Part shown: in pieces, positions 1 through 13,800 of the stretch
Position numbering within the stretch: the stretch's first letter is position 1
Layout: the number at the start of each line of letters is the position of its first letter
Source: Phoronis australis
Taxonomy: Eukaryota > Animalia > Phoronida
Length of the DNA: 64,000 nt
NCBI GenBank assembly: GCA_002633005.1
Contig: NMRA01000632.1
Coordinates: 124,001 to 188,000, forward strand
Direction: 5' to 3'
Notes under the pieces: model-generated
What the model saw: only the letters and a program-made list of their open reading frames with translations
Told to the model about the DNA's origin: nothing
The model's database searches: none
Translations under genes and position numbers: made by a program

Positions 1-1816
1 GGGAGACCTAAGACTGCATGTTCGAAAGAAAACGAGGATCGTGCTGAGGAACTGATTAAATCTCAGGAGGACAACCCGAGGAATCACAAATCTCTGAGAG
101 AAGTCGCAAGGGATTTACCAGTGAGCAAGTCTTCTGTGCAAAGAATGGCGAAATCAACTGGATTTAAAACCCTTCAAAAGAATGTGGGTGTTAGGTATGT
201 TAGGTATTCCCGCTAAGGGACAGTTTTGAGTTTGATCGAGGAGTTCTAGTTGGTCGCCGATGGTGAGCAGACGTGTGTCATGATTTATCTGAACACTGAG
301 GCTGGACTAAATGCTGAGCGTTATTTGTTTATGTGGTGAGCCTTTGCTACGGTACGGACAGCAGCGTCTTGTGTATGGAACTGTGTTATTTTGGTGGTCT
401 AGTGGAGTCAATGCCAATGGAACGCGTGATGAAGATTAAAGATGCCGAAAGTTTTTAAGTTTTGGACTGTTGGTGCTGACGTTCGACCTTGTCTTCTTCC
501 CAAGTTTCGTGTAACTTGCTATCATGTTTTTAAATATGTAAATAGATATTAATTTAGAAAGTGACTTAACTTCATTTTTGATTTAAGTCTAAGATTTGTC
601 TTAACTTCCAAACTTTGAAACTTCCACCTCCAGTAAGTTAGTCAAACTTAAGACAAACCTTACGTCAAACACTTAAGTCAAGCTTAACATCTCTTTCTTG
701 AAATGTTTTGGGGGTATATTTAACCTTTATTTTAAAATTTACTAAAATTTAAGATTTGTCTTAGTTAAGTAAGTTTTGTTGGAACAGATCCCAGGATAAC
801 TGAAAAGTGGTTCTTTTTGTCTTTGTTTTCGTAACAGTGGGTATCATAATGTTCGAAGGAACACAAAAGCTCGATGCCGCTACTTGCATGACTGCTATTC
901 AGACACTGACGTAAAAAGAATCATTTTCACTGATGAAAAAGACTTTACACTAGAAATCACTAAAAATCGCCAAAACTATCGTGTTTATGGGAAACAAAAA
1001 CGAGAAATTCAACCTTCTCGACTCTATCATGAGACTTCCAGATTTTCCAAAAAGTAATGGTTTCCGCTGGAGTATCTTGGGAAGGAAAAACATTCATTTT
1101 ATTGTCACTGGCTGTTCAAAGTTGATTAAACACACGACACTTTTCGTTATGAACAGTCTTTATTCCGTTCCGTTCGTATGCTCGGAATAAAACTCCACAC
1201 CCAACGGAACAGTGGTGAAGGAACTGACCAAGAGGCATGATTAAAAGGTACACTGAGAAAGCCAAACTTAATAGTCAGGGCTACATGCAGTTAATGGATG
1301 ATAATCTTCTCCCGGATTGCAGACGACTTTATCCTGGAAACAATTACTTGTTTCAGCAGTATGGGGGTCCTTCACACACGACCAATATAACTCAGGCTTC
1401 ATCTGGAGGGAGCCACACCAAAATTCATCAAAAAGCATGAGTGGCCCCCGCTCAGTCCTGACTGCAATCCACTGGACTATGCCATATGAGACTCCCTGAT
1501 GGAGAAATTTTACTGGGGAATGAGAGGCAAACTGACTGAGCAGTAGTTGAAAGACGGGGTAATTATGTCATGGGAGAAAATTGTGATGGAAGAAATACGG
1601 AAAAGCATATCTGGTTGGAAGAAACGGCTCCGTTTAGTAGTGGAGGAAGATGAAGGCCACGTTGAGCGTAGACTGATGTTTTAATTTGACAATACTCGCC
1701 CAATTGGATTGTTGATGATATCCTGAGGTTTATCAGTAAGAAATTTGAAAAAGTGGTTTATCCGTTGCTGAGAAATTACTTGTCAAAAAGTGACTCTCTT
1801 TTTGGGACAACTGATA
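1..1816 (+). mobile_element. Decayed Tc1/mariner-superfamily DD37D (maT-like) transposon, 5'-truncated by the window edge
   Basis: 1-180 translates GRPKTACSKENEDRAEELIKSQEDNPRNHKSLREVARDLPVSKSSVQRM (HTH). From ~880: RIIFTDEKDF...KVMVSAGVSWEGKT...LFQQ(Y)GGPSHT...EWPPLSPDCNPLDY, with 37 residues between the 2nd and 3rd catalytic positions after correcting a +1 frameshift. Stops and insertions are present. TIR-like end ...TTTTGGGACAACTGATA. Confidence 0.85.
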
Positions 1817-2128
1817 ATATACATGTAGTCAGTGGACCCTAGGCTGAAAAAGAAGATTTCGTGGGTACTTTTGACCTCTATGGCTAACTAGAGTATTTCT
1901 AACTCAATATTTAAAGCGGCATTAAAGGCACTATTTCCGCTTCATTTTTGTTAAAAACTTCATGAAACGGATCTTTACGCAAACACTTTTATTCGAAACC
2001 TAAGCCCAAATAATAGCCTTTGCCATGGCATCGAATTTTTTTATAGTGAACTGAATTTAATACAGATTTTTTTAGCTTAAATTTTTCATTTTGTGTGGTG
2101 CACCAAGAAATAAATGGATGCCGGACGN

Positions 2129-3750
2129 TGATTTATCTGAGCACTGAGGCTGGACTTTATGTTTTCTTCATACTTCCTAAATACTGAGCGTTATTTGTTT
2201 ATGTGGTGAGCCTTTGCTACGGTGCGGACAGCAGCGTCTTGTGTATGGAACTTGACTGTGTTATTTTGGTGGTCTAGTGGAGTCAATGACAATGGAACGC
2301 GTGATGAAGACTAAAGATACCGAAAGTTTTAAGTTTTGGACTGTTGGTGCTGACGTTCGACCCTGTCTTCTTCCCAAGTGTCGTATAACTTGTTATCATG
2401 TTTGTAAATATGTAAATAGATATTAATTTAGATCTGGGACCTGTTCCAAGAAAGTGACTTAAGTTCATTTTTGATTTAAGTCTAAGATTTGTCTTAACTT
2501 CCAAACTTTGAAACACTTCCACCTCCAGAAATTAGTCAATTCTAAGAAAACCTTACGTCAAACAATTAAATCAAGCTTAAGATCTCTTTCTTGAAATGTT
2601 TTTGAGGTATATTTAACCTTTATTTTAAAATTTACTAAAATTTAAGATTTGTCTTAGTTAAGTCAGTTTTGTTGGAACAGATCCCAGGATAACTGAAAAC
2701 TGGTTCTTTTTGTTTTTATTACCGTAACAGTGGGTATCAAAATGTTCGAAGGGAAACAAAAGCTCGATGCCGCTACTTGCATGACTGCTATTCAGACACT
2801 GACGTAAAAAGAATCATTTTCACTGATGAAAAAAGACTTTACACTAGAAATCGCTAAAAATCTCCAAAACTATCGTATTTATGGGAAACAAAAACGAGAA
2901 ATTCAGCCTTCTCGACTCTATCATGAGACTTCCAGATTTTCCAAAAAGTAATGCTTTCTGTTGGAGTATCTTGGGAAGGAAAAACAAATATTTATTTTAT
3001 TGACACTAGCTGTGCAAAGTTGATTAAACACACGACACTTTTCGTTATGAGCAGTCTTTATTAGGCATGATTAAAAGGTACACTGAGAAAGCCAAACTTA
3101 ATAGTCAGCGCTACATGCAGTTAATGGATGATAAACTTCTCCCGGGTTGCAGACGAGTTTATCCTGGAAACAATTACTTGTTTCAGCAGTATGGGGATCC
3201 TTCACACACGACCAATATAACCCAGGCTTCATCTGGAGGGGGCCACACCAAAATTCATCAAAAAGTATGAGTGGCCCCCGCTCAGTCCTGACTGCAATCC
3301 ACTGGACTATGCCATATGAGACTCCCTGATGGAGAAATTTTACTGGGGAATGAGAGGCAAATTGACTGAGCAGTAGTTGAAAGACAGGGTAATTATGTCA
3401 TGGGAGTAAATTGTGATGGAAGAAATACGGAAAGGCATATCTGGTTGGAAGAAACGGCTCCGTTTAGTAGTGGAGGAAGATGAAGGCCACATTGAGCGTA
3501 GACTGATGTTTTAATTTGACAATACTCTCCCAAATGGATTGCTGATGATATCCTGAGGTTTATCAGTAAGAAATTTCAAAAAGTGGTTTATCCGTTGCTG
3601 AGAAATTACTTGTCAAAAAGTGGCTCACTTTTTGGGACAACTGATCATATACATGTAGTCAGTGGACCCTAGGCTGAAAAAGAAGATTTCGTGGGTACTT
3701 TTGACTTCTATGGCTTACTAAGAATATTTCTAACTCAATATTTAAAGCGG
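2129..3750 (+). mobile_element. Second near-identical copy of the interrupted DD37D transposon plus ~100 bp of 3' flank (duplicate of 281-1919)
   Basis: Colinear with 281-1919 throughout; ORFs 3067-3270 and 1237-1440 are almost identical. Begins immediately after a single N at 2128. Confidence 0.85.
2435..2686. mobile_element. MITE nested in the transposase relic (truncated copy at ~555-793, relatives at ~6450-6925 and ~7375-7420)
   Basis: Inverted termini TGGGACCTGTTCCAAGAAAGTGACTTAA / TTAAGTCAGTTTTGTTGGAACAGATCCCA; internal CTTAAG-rich core shared with 6770-6910. Confidence 0.65.
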
Positions 3751-6700
3751 TAATAAGCCCGCGTTCTACACCTGCGAGTTAAATGGAAAAACTCAAAATA
3801 AGCACGCCAGGTCAAAGTACTCGCTAAACCTTGTTTAAATCGTGACAGTTCTCCATTAGTAAAATGTGTATAGGTTGACAAATGACACTTATGTAGAAAG
3901 CATTACGTTTAGTCTCAACGGACTTTATTGTTTATGCCAAACCGACTTGCCAATCAGCTTTACCAATGAACTGTAAACCTCGTCCCCAAGCAACAAAATC
4001 TTGTATTCCTGTATAATAGCAGAACAAATCTAAACCACCTACCCGTCCTTGCCAAAAATACCTTACGTGCTCTAAACTCTTATCGCGACATATTTTTGGA
4101 CTAAGTTTGCTTGTTTCACAAATATCGACTTATATTTAAAGCTATTATCATACTCCAGGGGCACACTCGTAATCATTCATTGTCTTTGACAACCGGATAT
4201 CATTTTTATCCATCGTCATCAATTTTCGCGTAGCAGGCATAAAATTGTGTAAAGCGCTCCGTAGCATCAGAGTTAACGATTCAGCGCTGTATACCATGGT
4301 TTTACGCTTTTAAAGAGGGATCATCGGCTTTACGACTGGAAACACATTTTTTGGACAACTGTTGGATGCGATAGGCTTCTCGGAATCATTTGGTCTGACC
4401 AGAGCTATAAAATAATACAATCCGTTGTGTTCTTATTATTTTAGTAAATCACCAATTCTCTCCGTTGTTCGTCAAACATACTAAAAAATCAAGGCTGGTG
4501 GCTTTATCTTTAAATGCACTTAAAAATACTCTGAAATTAACCGAGAATTGTTTAGCTCCGCCAGCAGAGTGCAACTGTGTGCGGGGGTAGTTGCAGCCTC
4601 AATTTCGCTGAAAATATTTTTTCCTGTAATGTCCCTCGTCTTGATGTGGCTATGTACCTGCTTTTGATCCCAAAAACAACTTTTAAGTTTCATTTACCCT
4701 TGTGAAATTGGTCTCAAATTGTCGCTTTGTCAAATTAATATTTTAAAAAATAGAATTGTTTATTGCTTGAGACACGGCTCTGAATTTTGTCTTCTCTCGT
4801 CGTGTTATTTTATCCGCTGACGATCAGGTCTCAAGGAATAACGAAACGTCAATTCTTTGCCAACTCAGAAATAACGTCTTATCAAAGAATGAAGCAACTT
4901 GAGACCAATTACATAGCGGCGAGTGGACTTCTGTCAAAAGCTCGTTGTTTTACGGAACGCTTTAAGGCAAATGCTATGAAGTACCCATAAAAAAGCAGAA
5001 CATTAGGTATTCATTAATCTTCAATGAATAGGTGGATTGCTAGGTTTAGTACACCGCCTAAAAAGAGGGGATGCAGGGATTTCTCGTTGCGTAAACGTGA
5101 AACTGGTGTCGGGCTGAATAGCAATTGGAATATCACCGTGACCGTGACTGTCGTGTATCCCGAAAGTAGACCAAATTCGCGAACGTAAGTTGGGATCAGT
5201 GTGATGGGGGATAGGATGGTGACTGGGGTGGATGGAGACTGGGCGGGGAACTGGCGGCGATCTGCCGGAGAATTGGTGGTATCCGGGTCTGAGAATTGAA
5301 GGCGACCAGGAAAAACAAAAAATCTGTCCTGATCCGTGAAGCTTGAACAAATGCGGTCGTAAATCGTGAAATCGGTATTTATACACGTGTGAACCGTACT
5401 GTGACACCCCTTGGCTTCACACATTCTAAAATACAAAAGTACACAATTCAAATAAGATACTATCCACAATNNNNTTCCTCTATCGCATTATAGAAAAGAG
5501 GTGCCGCTGCACGTTTAAAATCCAGACCAATGAAATACCTTAGCAACCAAAAAAGGATACCCGAAACACTAAAACGTAATAAAATTCCATACCCAAAACA
5601 ATACAAGTCATGTCGAGTAACCGAGAAGGCAAAATAGCCACCCGTGACAATACCCGAGAAGGTATGTAAAATCGTCACTCGCGACAGTACCCGGAGACGG
5701 CAAAATAGCCACCCGAGTTGGTGGCACGCCATACAAAGTCCTGTGGCGTCGTCTCTGCAAGGACTTGTGGGAGATGGGATCTCATATGCAACTTATCTAC
5801 CACGTTCATGACTCGATCTTTCAACTAATTTCTTCTGTGTGAGTCATACACGAAAGCGTTACAAACATGCCGCAACTCACAAAATCCTGGATTTACTCTT
5901 TTAACAAATCGACTAATTACACATGGTACAGTTGTTTGTATCATAATAGTATCAAAAGTGTTAGTTTCTATGGTCGGTAGACAGCTTTGCTGATATATTT
6001 CCTTATACTCACCACCGGAAATTCATATTATAAACCAGGTTACCACCAAATTTGGAGATTTTTATAAGGTTTTACCATGATAGAAAGGGATTTTCATTTT
6101 CAAACGGACCATTGAGATCATAGTGTGCAAGTAAAGAAGAGTATCAAAGCCATCAATTTTGACAACTCCCGGTTGATTCATATCAAAGGCAGGAAAGCTC
6201 TTAATTTATTTTGATGGTAGAAATTAATTGTTATCATGGCAAGAAAGTTTTTGAGACCAGTTTCTTAGTGTTCTGCGCAATCTAACGATTTCTGTAAAGG
6301 CCGTGCAAGTGAAAAGGATTTTTCGTCGCCAACAGAGTCGCCGATACAGACTCGTATCGTGTGCGTTGTAACTGGATCAACTGACATGCAAATAAGTCTC
6401 AGATAGATTCCACAAAATTCGTGTAACTGCGTTAATCGTTGAACTTAATCTGAGGCCAGTTCCAAGAAACTGATGTAACAGAGCAAGTCTCCACTGAACC
6501 TCAAAATATGTATTTTCTCTCATCAGGCATTCGTTTCAATTCAATTTGCACATGATAACGACCAACTTTCCATGAAAGCAAGAGAAGGAAACACCCTTCT
6601 CCTAAGCCTGTCGCTAGCGAAGTGCCCGACACATACAGTCGCGCCCACATGCCCACGTAACAAAGGCGCACTGAGACGCAACAAAGACATTAGCATAAGA

Positions 6701-7669
6701 ATAAGTGAACATTTGCAACTAAATAAGAATAACAATAAGCGTAAAGTTACGAACGTCCCGTCACACTGACATAAGTTCATTTTTGACTTAAGTCTAAGAT
6801 TTGGCTCAAATCCCAAACTTTGAAATTTACACATCCAGTAAGCTAATCAAAATTAAGACAAAACTTAAGTCAAAAAACTTAAGTCAAACTTAAGATCTCT
6901 TTCTTGAAACGGACTTGAGACAAATTTAAATTTTAACTCATGCAAAAAACTGTACGACGACAGTTGGCTTACCTCAAAATCCAACCGCTGCCTGGTGATT
7001 TGGTAATTGGTCCAATTATGATGCAAAACCAACAGAATTAATGAGGAACATGTTATTGCAACATTAAACAAACGTTTTATGTTCTGAAAGTCGCATTTTT
7101 GTCCAATTTTCAAAATTCAAAAACCTTATCACTTGTGCTTTTCATGAACTATTCAAACATGCTGTTTACAAACTATCAGCACTAAAATTTGAAAATAATA
7201 CAATCGCCCCCAATGTGTTTATGATGGCTTTATTATCTAGAGAATAGTAACTTCAGCAGCCTGAGGCGATTTAATTAACCAAAACAGCATGCTGTCTTTG
7301 ATCTAAACCGGCAGAATCTGTTGCTCGCAAACTGGTCGAGTTGCCCAATCTTGACCTGTTCGGGTGTCAACTGAACTTTAAGAATTGTCTTAGCTAAGTT
7401 AGTTTTCTTGGAATGGACCTTTGGTTGATAGGTTGAAATAGTTTATTTTTGGTGGACTTAAACACTGAATAAACCTATTTATCAACAGTAGCGGGAGTAT
7501 CCAGTATCGTTATAAGAACGACAGAAAAAACGTTTTTGCTGACAGGGTTACACCTCTTGATATCTAAAAGTTCCGTCACTATATTATTACGCCCCTCGTG
7601 CTTATGATTTCTTCGCCGTGAAAACGAAGCCTGTTAAACCATGTACGAGTGAAAAACGATGTTTTTCAG

Positions 7670-7830
7670 GAAGTGAGTGTGTTCGTATTCGACAAGAAAT
7701 TGGCCGATAAGTTGAACAAGCCAAAACGAAGAGACGCTGTGTCTGACATCTTGCGACGGGACGTGGATCTACTGTCAAAGTACAGACATCCAAAGCTGCT
7801 TCAAGTGATTCACCCTGTAGAAGAGTGCCA
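7670..7830 (+). CDS. SCYL2: SCYL2-like exon (pseudokinase N-lobe)
   Basis: tttttcag|EVSVFVFDKKLADKLNKPKRRDAVSDILRRDVDLLSKYRHPKLLQVIHPVEEC|gtaagc, phase 2. Confidence 0.92.
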
Positions 7831-10800
7831 GTAAGCTCAATTTATTTTGTTCAAGAGTGTCAGTACATTTGACTCAACTTGTACAGGGTTTTAAGTTCGA
7901 TTTATCTTGTACTAGAGTGTCGCAAATCTTTAGTAGTAGGTGTTATCAGAACCATAATACCGGGCTGCTTTCCGTTGATCTAAGACATTCGTGAGAAAAT
8001 TTCATGTGCTTCCGTTGTAGTGCATTGCGATATATGACGAGGTCTTGCGTTTCTTTGGTCTACATAGGAAATATTTAGATTTAGAAGGCCCCCCTGGTCA
8101 TGACCAAAAAACGTGACCGGCATCCATTTAAAAATCGTGGTTGTCTCTACTTGTAACGCCCGGGATCCACCGGTGCTATGTTATGTAAAAATGATTCATA
8201 TACAAGCAATGCAACGTTGTTATTATTTATATAGCTGGTGTTCCAATCGGTCAGAACAGTGGTATGATACTTGCACTTTCGAAATTTTACAACCATGCTA
8301 ACACATTTGACGAAAATTTCCTGTATTTACACAAAGCGTTTGTGATGAGAAAGAAAAAGAATATGCTCAATTGCTTTCATATAATTTGAAAAAAACGTAG
8401 CAATCGACACTTTTGTTTCGTCTACGGAAATCCGAAAGTGTGCACTGTCGCGCGCTATTCTTTAATTTCGCAGTTCAAATACATTTGGGGTGTTTTTCAT
8501 TGAAAAATACAAATAATGAATCTTGGGACTTTATTATTTATAAATTACAACGGGCAGAGAAAATTGACGAAATGCGGTGGATTGGGTCCCTCTCTCAAAT
8601 TTTAGCTGTTATTTACGTGAGACCGGTTGCACGGAAGTCATAAATTGCTAGATACGGAGTAAACTATGTCTTCTATACTTGGGGGATGTTACGCACGCCA
8701 ATTACATGTACGTCTGCTTCCACACAAAACGATCGAAGTATTTTTAAAACGTACGGATATATCAAATTTCTGTTTACAGGACAATGAACGTAACGATCTT
8801 CAACGTTATCTATTAATGTATATAATGTGCAATTATTACATGTCGTCACAACCAGCTCATGATACATGTAGCTTGCACGTAAAACTCTGGATCAATATCC
8901 AAGTACAATCAGTTAACAATATAACTGTGACAAATAGCAGTCGAGTAGACTGGCAGTGAATCTATCGCCTTTAATCCCTGGTTGGGGTACGTTCAGTAGA
9001 GCGAGTATCTTGAAGGTTTAGCGAGATCACGCATAATCACGCGAGTGAGAGGCGAATGTTCACGTGTAAGCTTGGGGCCTTATTATCGCTCCAAAAGAAC
9101 GCAACTGAAGCGTACCGCAATACTTCACAAAATATCACCATGCTTTATAACGGGAGGGCACTCCCAAAAAAGAGATGACATTTCACGATTAATTTCTCTA
9201 CAAAAGGGTGCCTTTTTGCAACTAATTTCCCTGTAAAAGCGTTACGGAATGTGTCCGACTTGTTTGGGGCGATTTTCGCCATTTTCCAGTGTTGCAATGA
9301 GTAGATGCCATATCTCGCGAGTAAAGCTTGTTTGTTCACGTTACTTGGCACAATACTTGGCAATATCTAGGGCGAAGTCTCGTCATTTTGAATTTTTGCG
9401 TTCTTCTTGGGTCTTCGGAACTCAAGCTTGGAATGTGTTCCATAGTTTCTTGTGAGAAAAGCAAGAACTGGCAAGACCTTGCAAAATCACACAAGTGAAA
9501 GGCGAGAGTTCAGCGAGTGTGCTGGAGAGCAGAGCTGCATGCCGTTAAGAACAAACTGACACGATCCGATGTTGGTATTTGACGAAAGGATACGACATTC
9601 TGACGATATACTTCATGAAATTTTTGATTGCAGAAGAGTACAATTTTGTAAACGACAAACCATGCATTGTTACAAGAAAAATGAGCTCTCTATCTGTAGA
9701 CAGATAGGTATTCTCTTGTATATTGGTGCTCCATGCCAAGCTGAAAATCCGCTGAGAGGGCATGCTGCTTCCAAAGAAACGTACCTCCTCGCCAACGTTG
9801 TCAACATGGGGCTGGTGGTCTGGGGATTACCTCAAAACACAAGGTGGTCGTGAGATTTTCTAAGGGCAGGAAAACCTTTGTAACCCTCACTTTCAGATGT
9901 GCTTTTTCTTCTATTGACAACATTGGACTGATTTCAGTCATGGCAGTCTTGTTATTCTCTTCAAACAATTCCTCGATTGAAGGCACCTCTTCTTGGGAGG
10001 ATCCGACACTAGCTTGATCATTAGCATTGGGCCTAGCCCCGGCCTCTACTGGTTCTGTTTTGGGTCCTATCACGGGGTGTCTGTGGAATTCAACGACACA
10101 CTCTTTAACCTAGTCCAGATGTCTTCCGTTTCGCACTTTGAATTTAAAGTGTGTATCTCAAGGACCATGGCATCTTCGAAAAGAGGCCTCTCGTCCCATT
10201 AACAGCTTTTGCTTCAGGCGGTTAATTTTATGATTATGATGAAGTACATGCAGATATCGTCATATTTCAAAGATGTAAAATGCTTAACCAGAAACTTAAC
10301 AGACGGGCCAGGATTTGGCTACACATAGGTGACCTGTCGCTAATTATGGGAACCGTTGTCGTGTACATTATCTTCAACAAAGTACACTTCTTCGCCCGGT
10401 GTCCTCCGTGTATTTCTCAGTACACGGACGTTTCATTACGACGATGCTTCGTGGGATATAGCAATTAAAACGACTACCCCCTTTGGAATATTTTGAGTAT
10501 TGCACATGACTGTTATCTCCTGTATCGAGCATTCGGGAATGTTTCATCATGAAAACACGGGACTCAAAGTCACCAAAAACTAAGAAAAAAGTTATTTTTC
10601 TAACATATCACACGTGACATCGGTATTTTCACCAAACGATTTTCGATACCAAGTACCGGTATCCATTTCTACTTGGGAGCTTGCCAACATTTCCTAACAA
10701 AATGTCCACCATTGAATTGAATGTTGGAAAGTTGAATTTTGGGATTGACATCATTGTTTCGGTTGCATTAGCGAAGATTTTTCTCTGCAAGTGCAAGGTA

Positions 10801-13800
10801 ACGTCTTGAGGGGGGGTGGGTTAACGGAACTCAGTCCTAGCATAGTCCCTATTTTTGCTCAGGATTACACTCTACACCGCGAGAGAATCCGATATGACTG
10901 TAGCAATATTTACGCACGTTCTTGGTATAGAGCCTACGACAGTTTCATATTGTGGTACTTAACGTTAAATAACAGATATCTACCGTGTAAAACTGGTATC
11001 CAATGAAACTGTTCCACGACAGAGAAATAAAGCTTATGTAGGTCACACCTATAGTTTTTGCCCGCGAAAATGCTCTTTGTCACAAACAAGTTTTGATTTG
11101 GCGAAATTAACATTGTGATATTGATCTCAGATTGTTCGTTAGACATGGTAAGAGTTCTGGGTTTGGTGAGTACTGACAGTTCGTTATTTCATGTGATAGC
11201 GTGATCTAAAAATTAAGGTNNNNNNNNNNNNNNNNNNNNNNNNNNNNNNNNNNNNNNNNNNNNNNNNNNNNNNNNNNNNNNNNNNNNNNNNNNNNNNNNN
11301 NNNNNNNNNNNNNNNNNNNNNNNNNNNNNNNNNNNNNNNNNNNNNNNNNNNNNNNNNNNNNNNNNNNNNNNNNNNNNNNNNNNNNNNNNNNNNNNNNNNN
11401 NNNNNNNNNNNNNNNNNNNNNNNNNNNNNNNNNNNNNNNNNNNNNNNNNNNNNNNNNNNNNNNNNNNNNNNNNNNNNNNNNNNNNNNNNNNNNNNNNNNN
11501 NNNNNNNNNNNNNNNNNNNNNNNNNNNNNNNNNNNNNNNNNNNNNNNNNNNNNNNNNNNNNNNNNNNNNNNNNNNNNNNNNNNNNNNNNNNNNNNNNNNN
11601 NNNNNNNNNNNNNNNNNNNNNNNNNNNNNNNNNNNNNNNNNNNNNNNNNNNNNNNNNNNNNNNNNNNNNNNNNNNNNNNNNNNNNNNNNNNNNNNNNNNN
11701 NNNNNNNNNNNNNNNNNNNNNNNNNNNNNNNNNNNNNNNNNNNNNNNNNNNNNNNNNNNNNNNNNNNNNNNNNNNNNNNNNNNNNNNNNNNNNNNNNNNN
11801 NNNNNNNNNNNNNNNNNNNNNNNNNNNNNNNNNNNNNNNNNNNNNNNNNNNNNNNNNNNNNNNNNNNNNNNNNNNNNNNNNNNNNNNNNNNNNNNNNNNN
11901 NNNNNNNNNNNNNNNNNNNNNNNNNNNNNNNNNNNNNCACGGCGTAACCTGAAATTTTATTACCTTGGTCTGAAGAAATAAGAAACTGTCAGTTCTTTCC
12001 AGGCCAGCGATCACTTCTAAACTGAGTAAGGAACAAGAAAATACCAATTTTATGACGGTAAATGTCTTGAATCAAAGCCTGTTTTAAATAGAAAACACTG
12101 GTTTATTGACGCTTTGAATATTGCAAACTAACACCGGTACTGAAATCATGCAACTTGGTCCCTAGTGAAATATGAGTTTCGGATGTACAATTAAATAGGG
12201 TCTCAAAATGCCTGGGTTTAGTTCGCTGCAAACTCGTTGTTTAATCTCGTTATCACCTTAATAAAAGTTACCATTTCTTTTAATATTTCTCTTACATTTT
12301 CAACTACTGAGAGAGTTATCTTTCTGACCGCGATATCTGTGGAAATGATTCACATGAGCGGTCTGTGGTACGATAGCACCTTCAGTACGTGAACTGAAAA
12401 CGGGTACACGACGATACAAAGTTCGACATTTCTCGAATTACGCGTTACCTAGGAAAAACATCTTCTGTAAGCTTTCCTTTAGTTGAGAAAAAAGAAAACA
12501 CGATCCAAAAACAATTAAAATGGTCGTCTGAATTCATTTGGGTTTGGATAAAAATCGTAGCTCGAATGACGTGTATTTTCTTCCTTATTAAAAAGGTCGG
12601 AAAATTCGATGGCAACAGTTTAAATTGTTTTACCAATTTATTTAAAAATGGAATGCTATCCACAAACTCTTGCTTCAAAAATTTGTTAAGAGTCAGATGA
12701 GACTTTACGCCATCATGTGGGAGTGCGATTCTCACCACCTAGAGGCAATTTTAAGTTTATTAGTGATGCTCCTTTTAACGGAAATAGTAATATCATGATC
12801 ATCTTGTGTATGCGTCGTATGCAATGCACACAGTGAGCACATAGCAACACTTCCAGTTGCTCTTGTCAGTATAGTTTGCAAACTAGACCAGCTTCCCGTT
12901 CAGTAACGCAATGACCTCGCTAAAAAGCAAGACTTCGCGCGATTACGTGAGATATTGCCGTATACTTTAAATGTGAACACGTGAGCTAGACCAGATTTTC
13001 GCTAGGTCCTAGCGAAAGTCTTAGCGTTACTGAACGCACGCCTGCTACATGTACATGACATTTCTATTACTGTCAAGGAAACAGTGTATGTATAATTGTA
13101 AATGCAAAGGAAACAAACTTTGTTTTAACGATTTTTCGAATTTTGTCCAGTATTTTTACAACAGTGAAAGTGTATAGCCTGTAGGAACGCAGGTATGTTA
13201 ACTGTTAACGAGAAGTAGAGACAGTTTGGAAATTTATTAACAAATTGAAGAGTGAGATTCTGTGTGCGTGAGTGAGTTTTGAATGTTTCCTATATTTGCA
13301 ATTTGAAGTGTTTAATTTTCAGTATGTGGTATCGGAAACAACTAAATAAAATAGGACTTGGTTTCCATTTTTTTCTGATACAATTTCTAGTGACAGCTTG
13401 GCTTTCGCATCGGAACCGGTGTTGGCAAGTCTATCCAATTTACTTGGCAACTTGGACAAGATACCGGCGCCAGTCAATAACGAAATAAAGGTATGTTGCA
13501 ATGCTATCAAGATGATACAAAACTGATAATTACGAATAACGACAGGTATATAAATACTGTATGTTAGTACACTGATCCAAGACTAATGGAAATGAGTTTG
13601 TCAAACCAACATGATCTCTCAATAGATTTCCCTAATTGTTACTTGTTTTGCAAAGGATTGAAAACCCTTTCATCAAAAAATGTCATTTTCAGACTCACGA
13701 GTTTTTAGAGGTTGAAATTAAAGCAGGAATTCTCCAGGTAAGTCTCAGAGTCGAAGTCCTAGAGTGCAGTTTTCCACTAACGTTTCCAGCCTGTAAACGC

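Noticed and set aside
5014-5732. Overlapping Pro/His-rich minus-strand ORFs
   Set aside because: Low-complexity GGT/GAT-biased sequence with short internal repeats next to an N gap; no family motif.
1-7669. First exon of the SCYL2-like gene (expected NPxxxxFExG...WKI)
   Set aside because: No matching translation found; it probably lies upstream of the window.
11184-12047. 287-aa and 244-aa ORFs
   Set aside because: They consist of N-gap codons.
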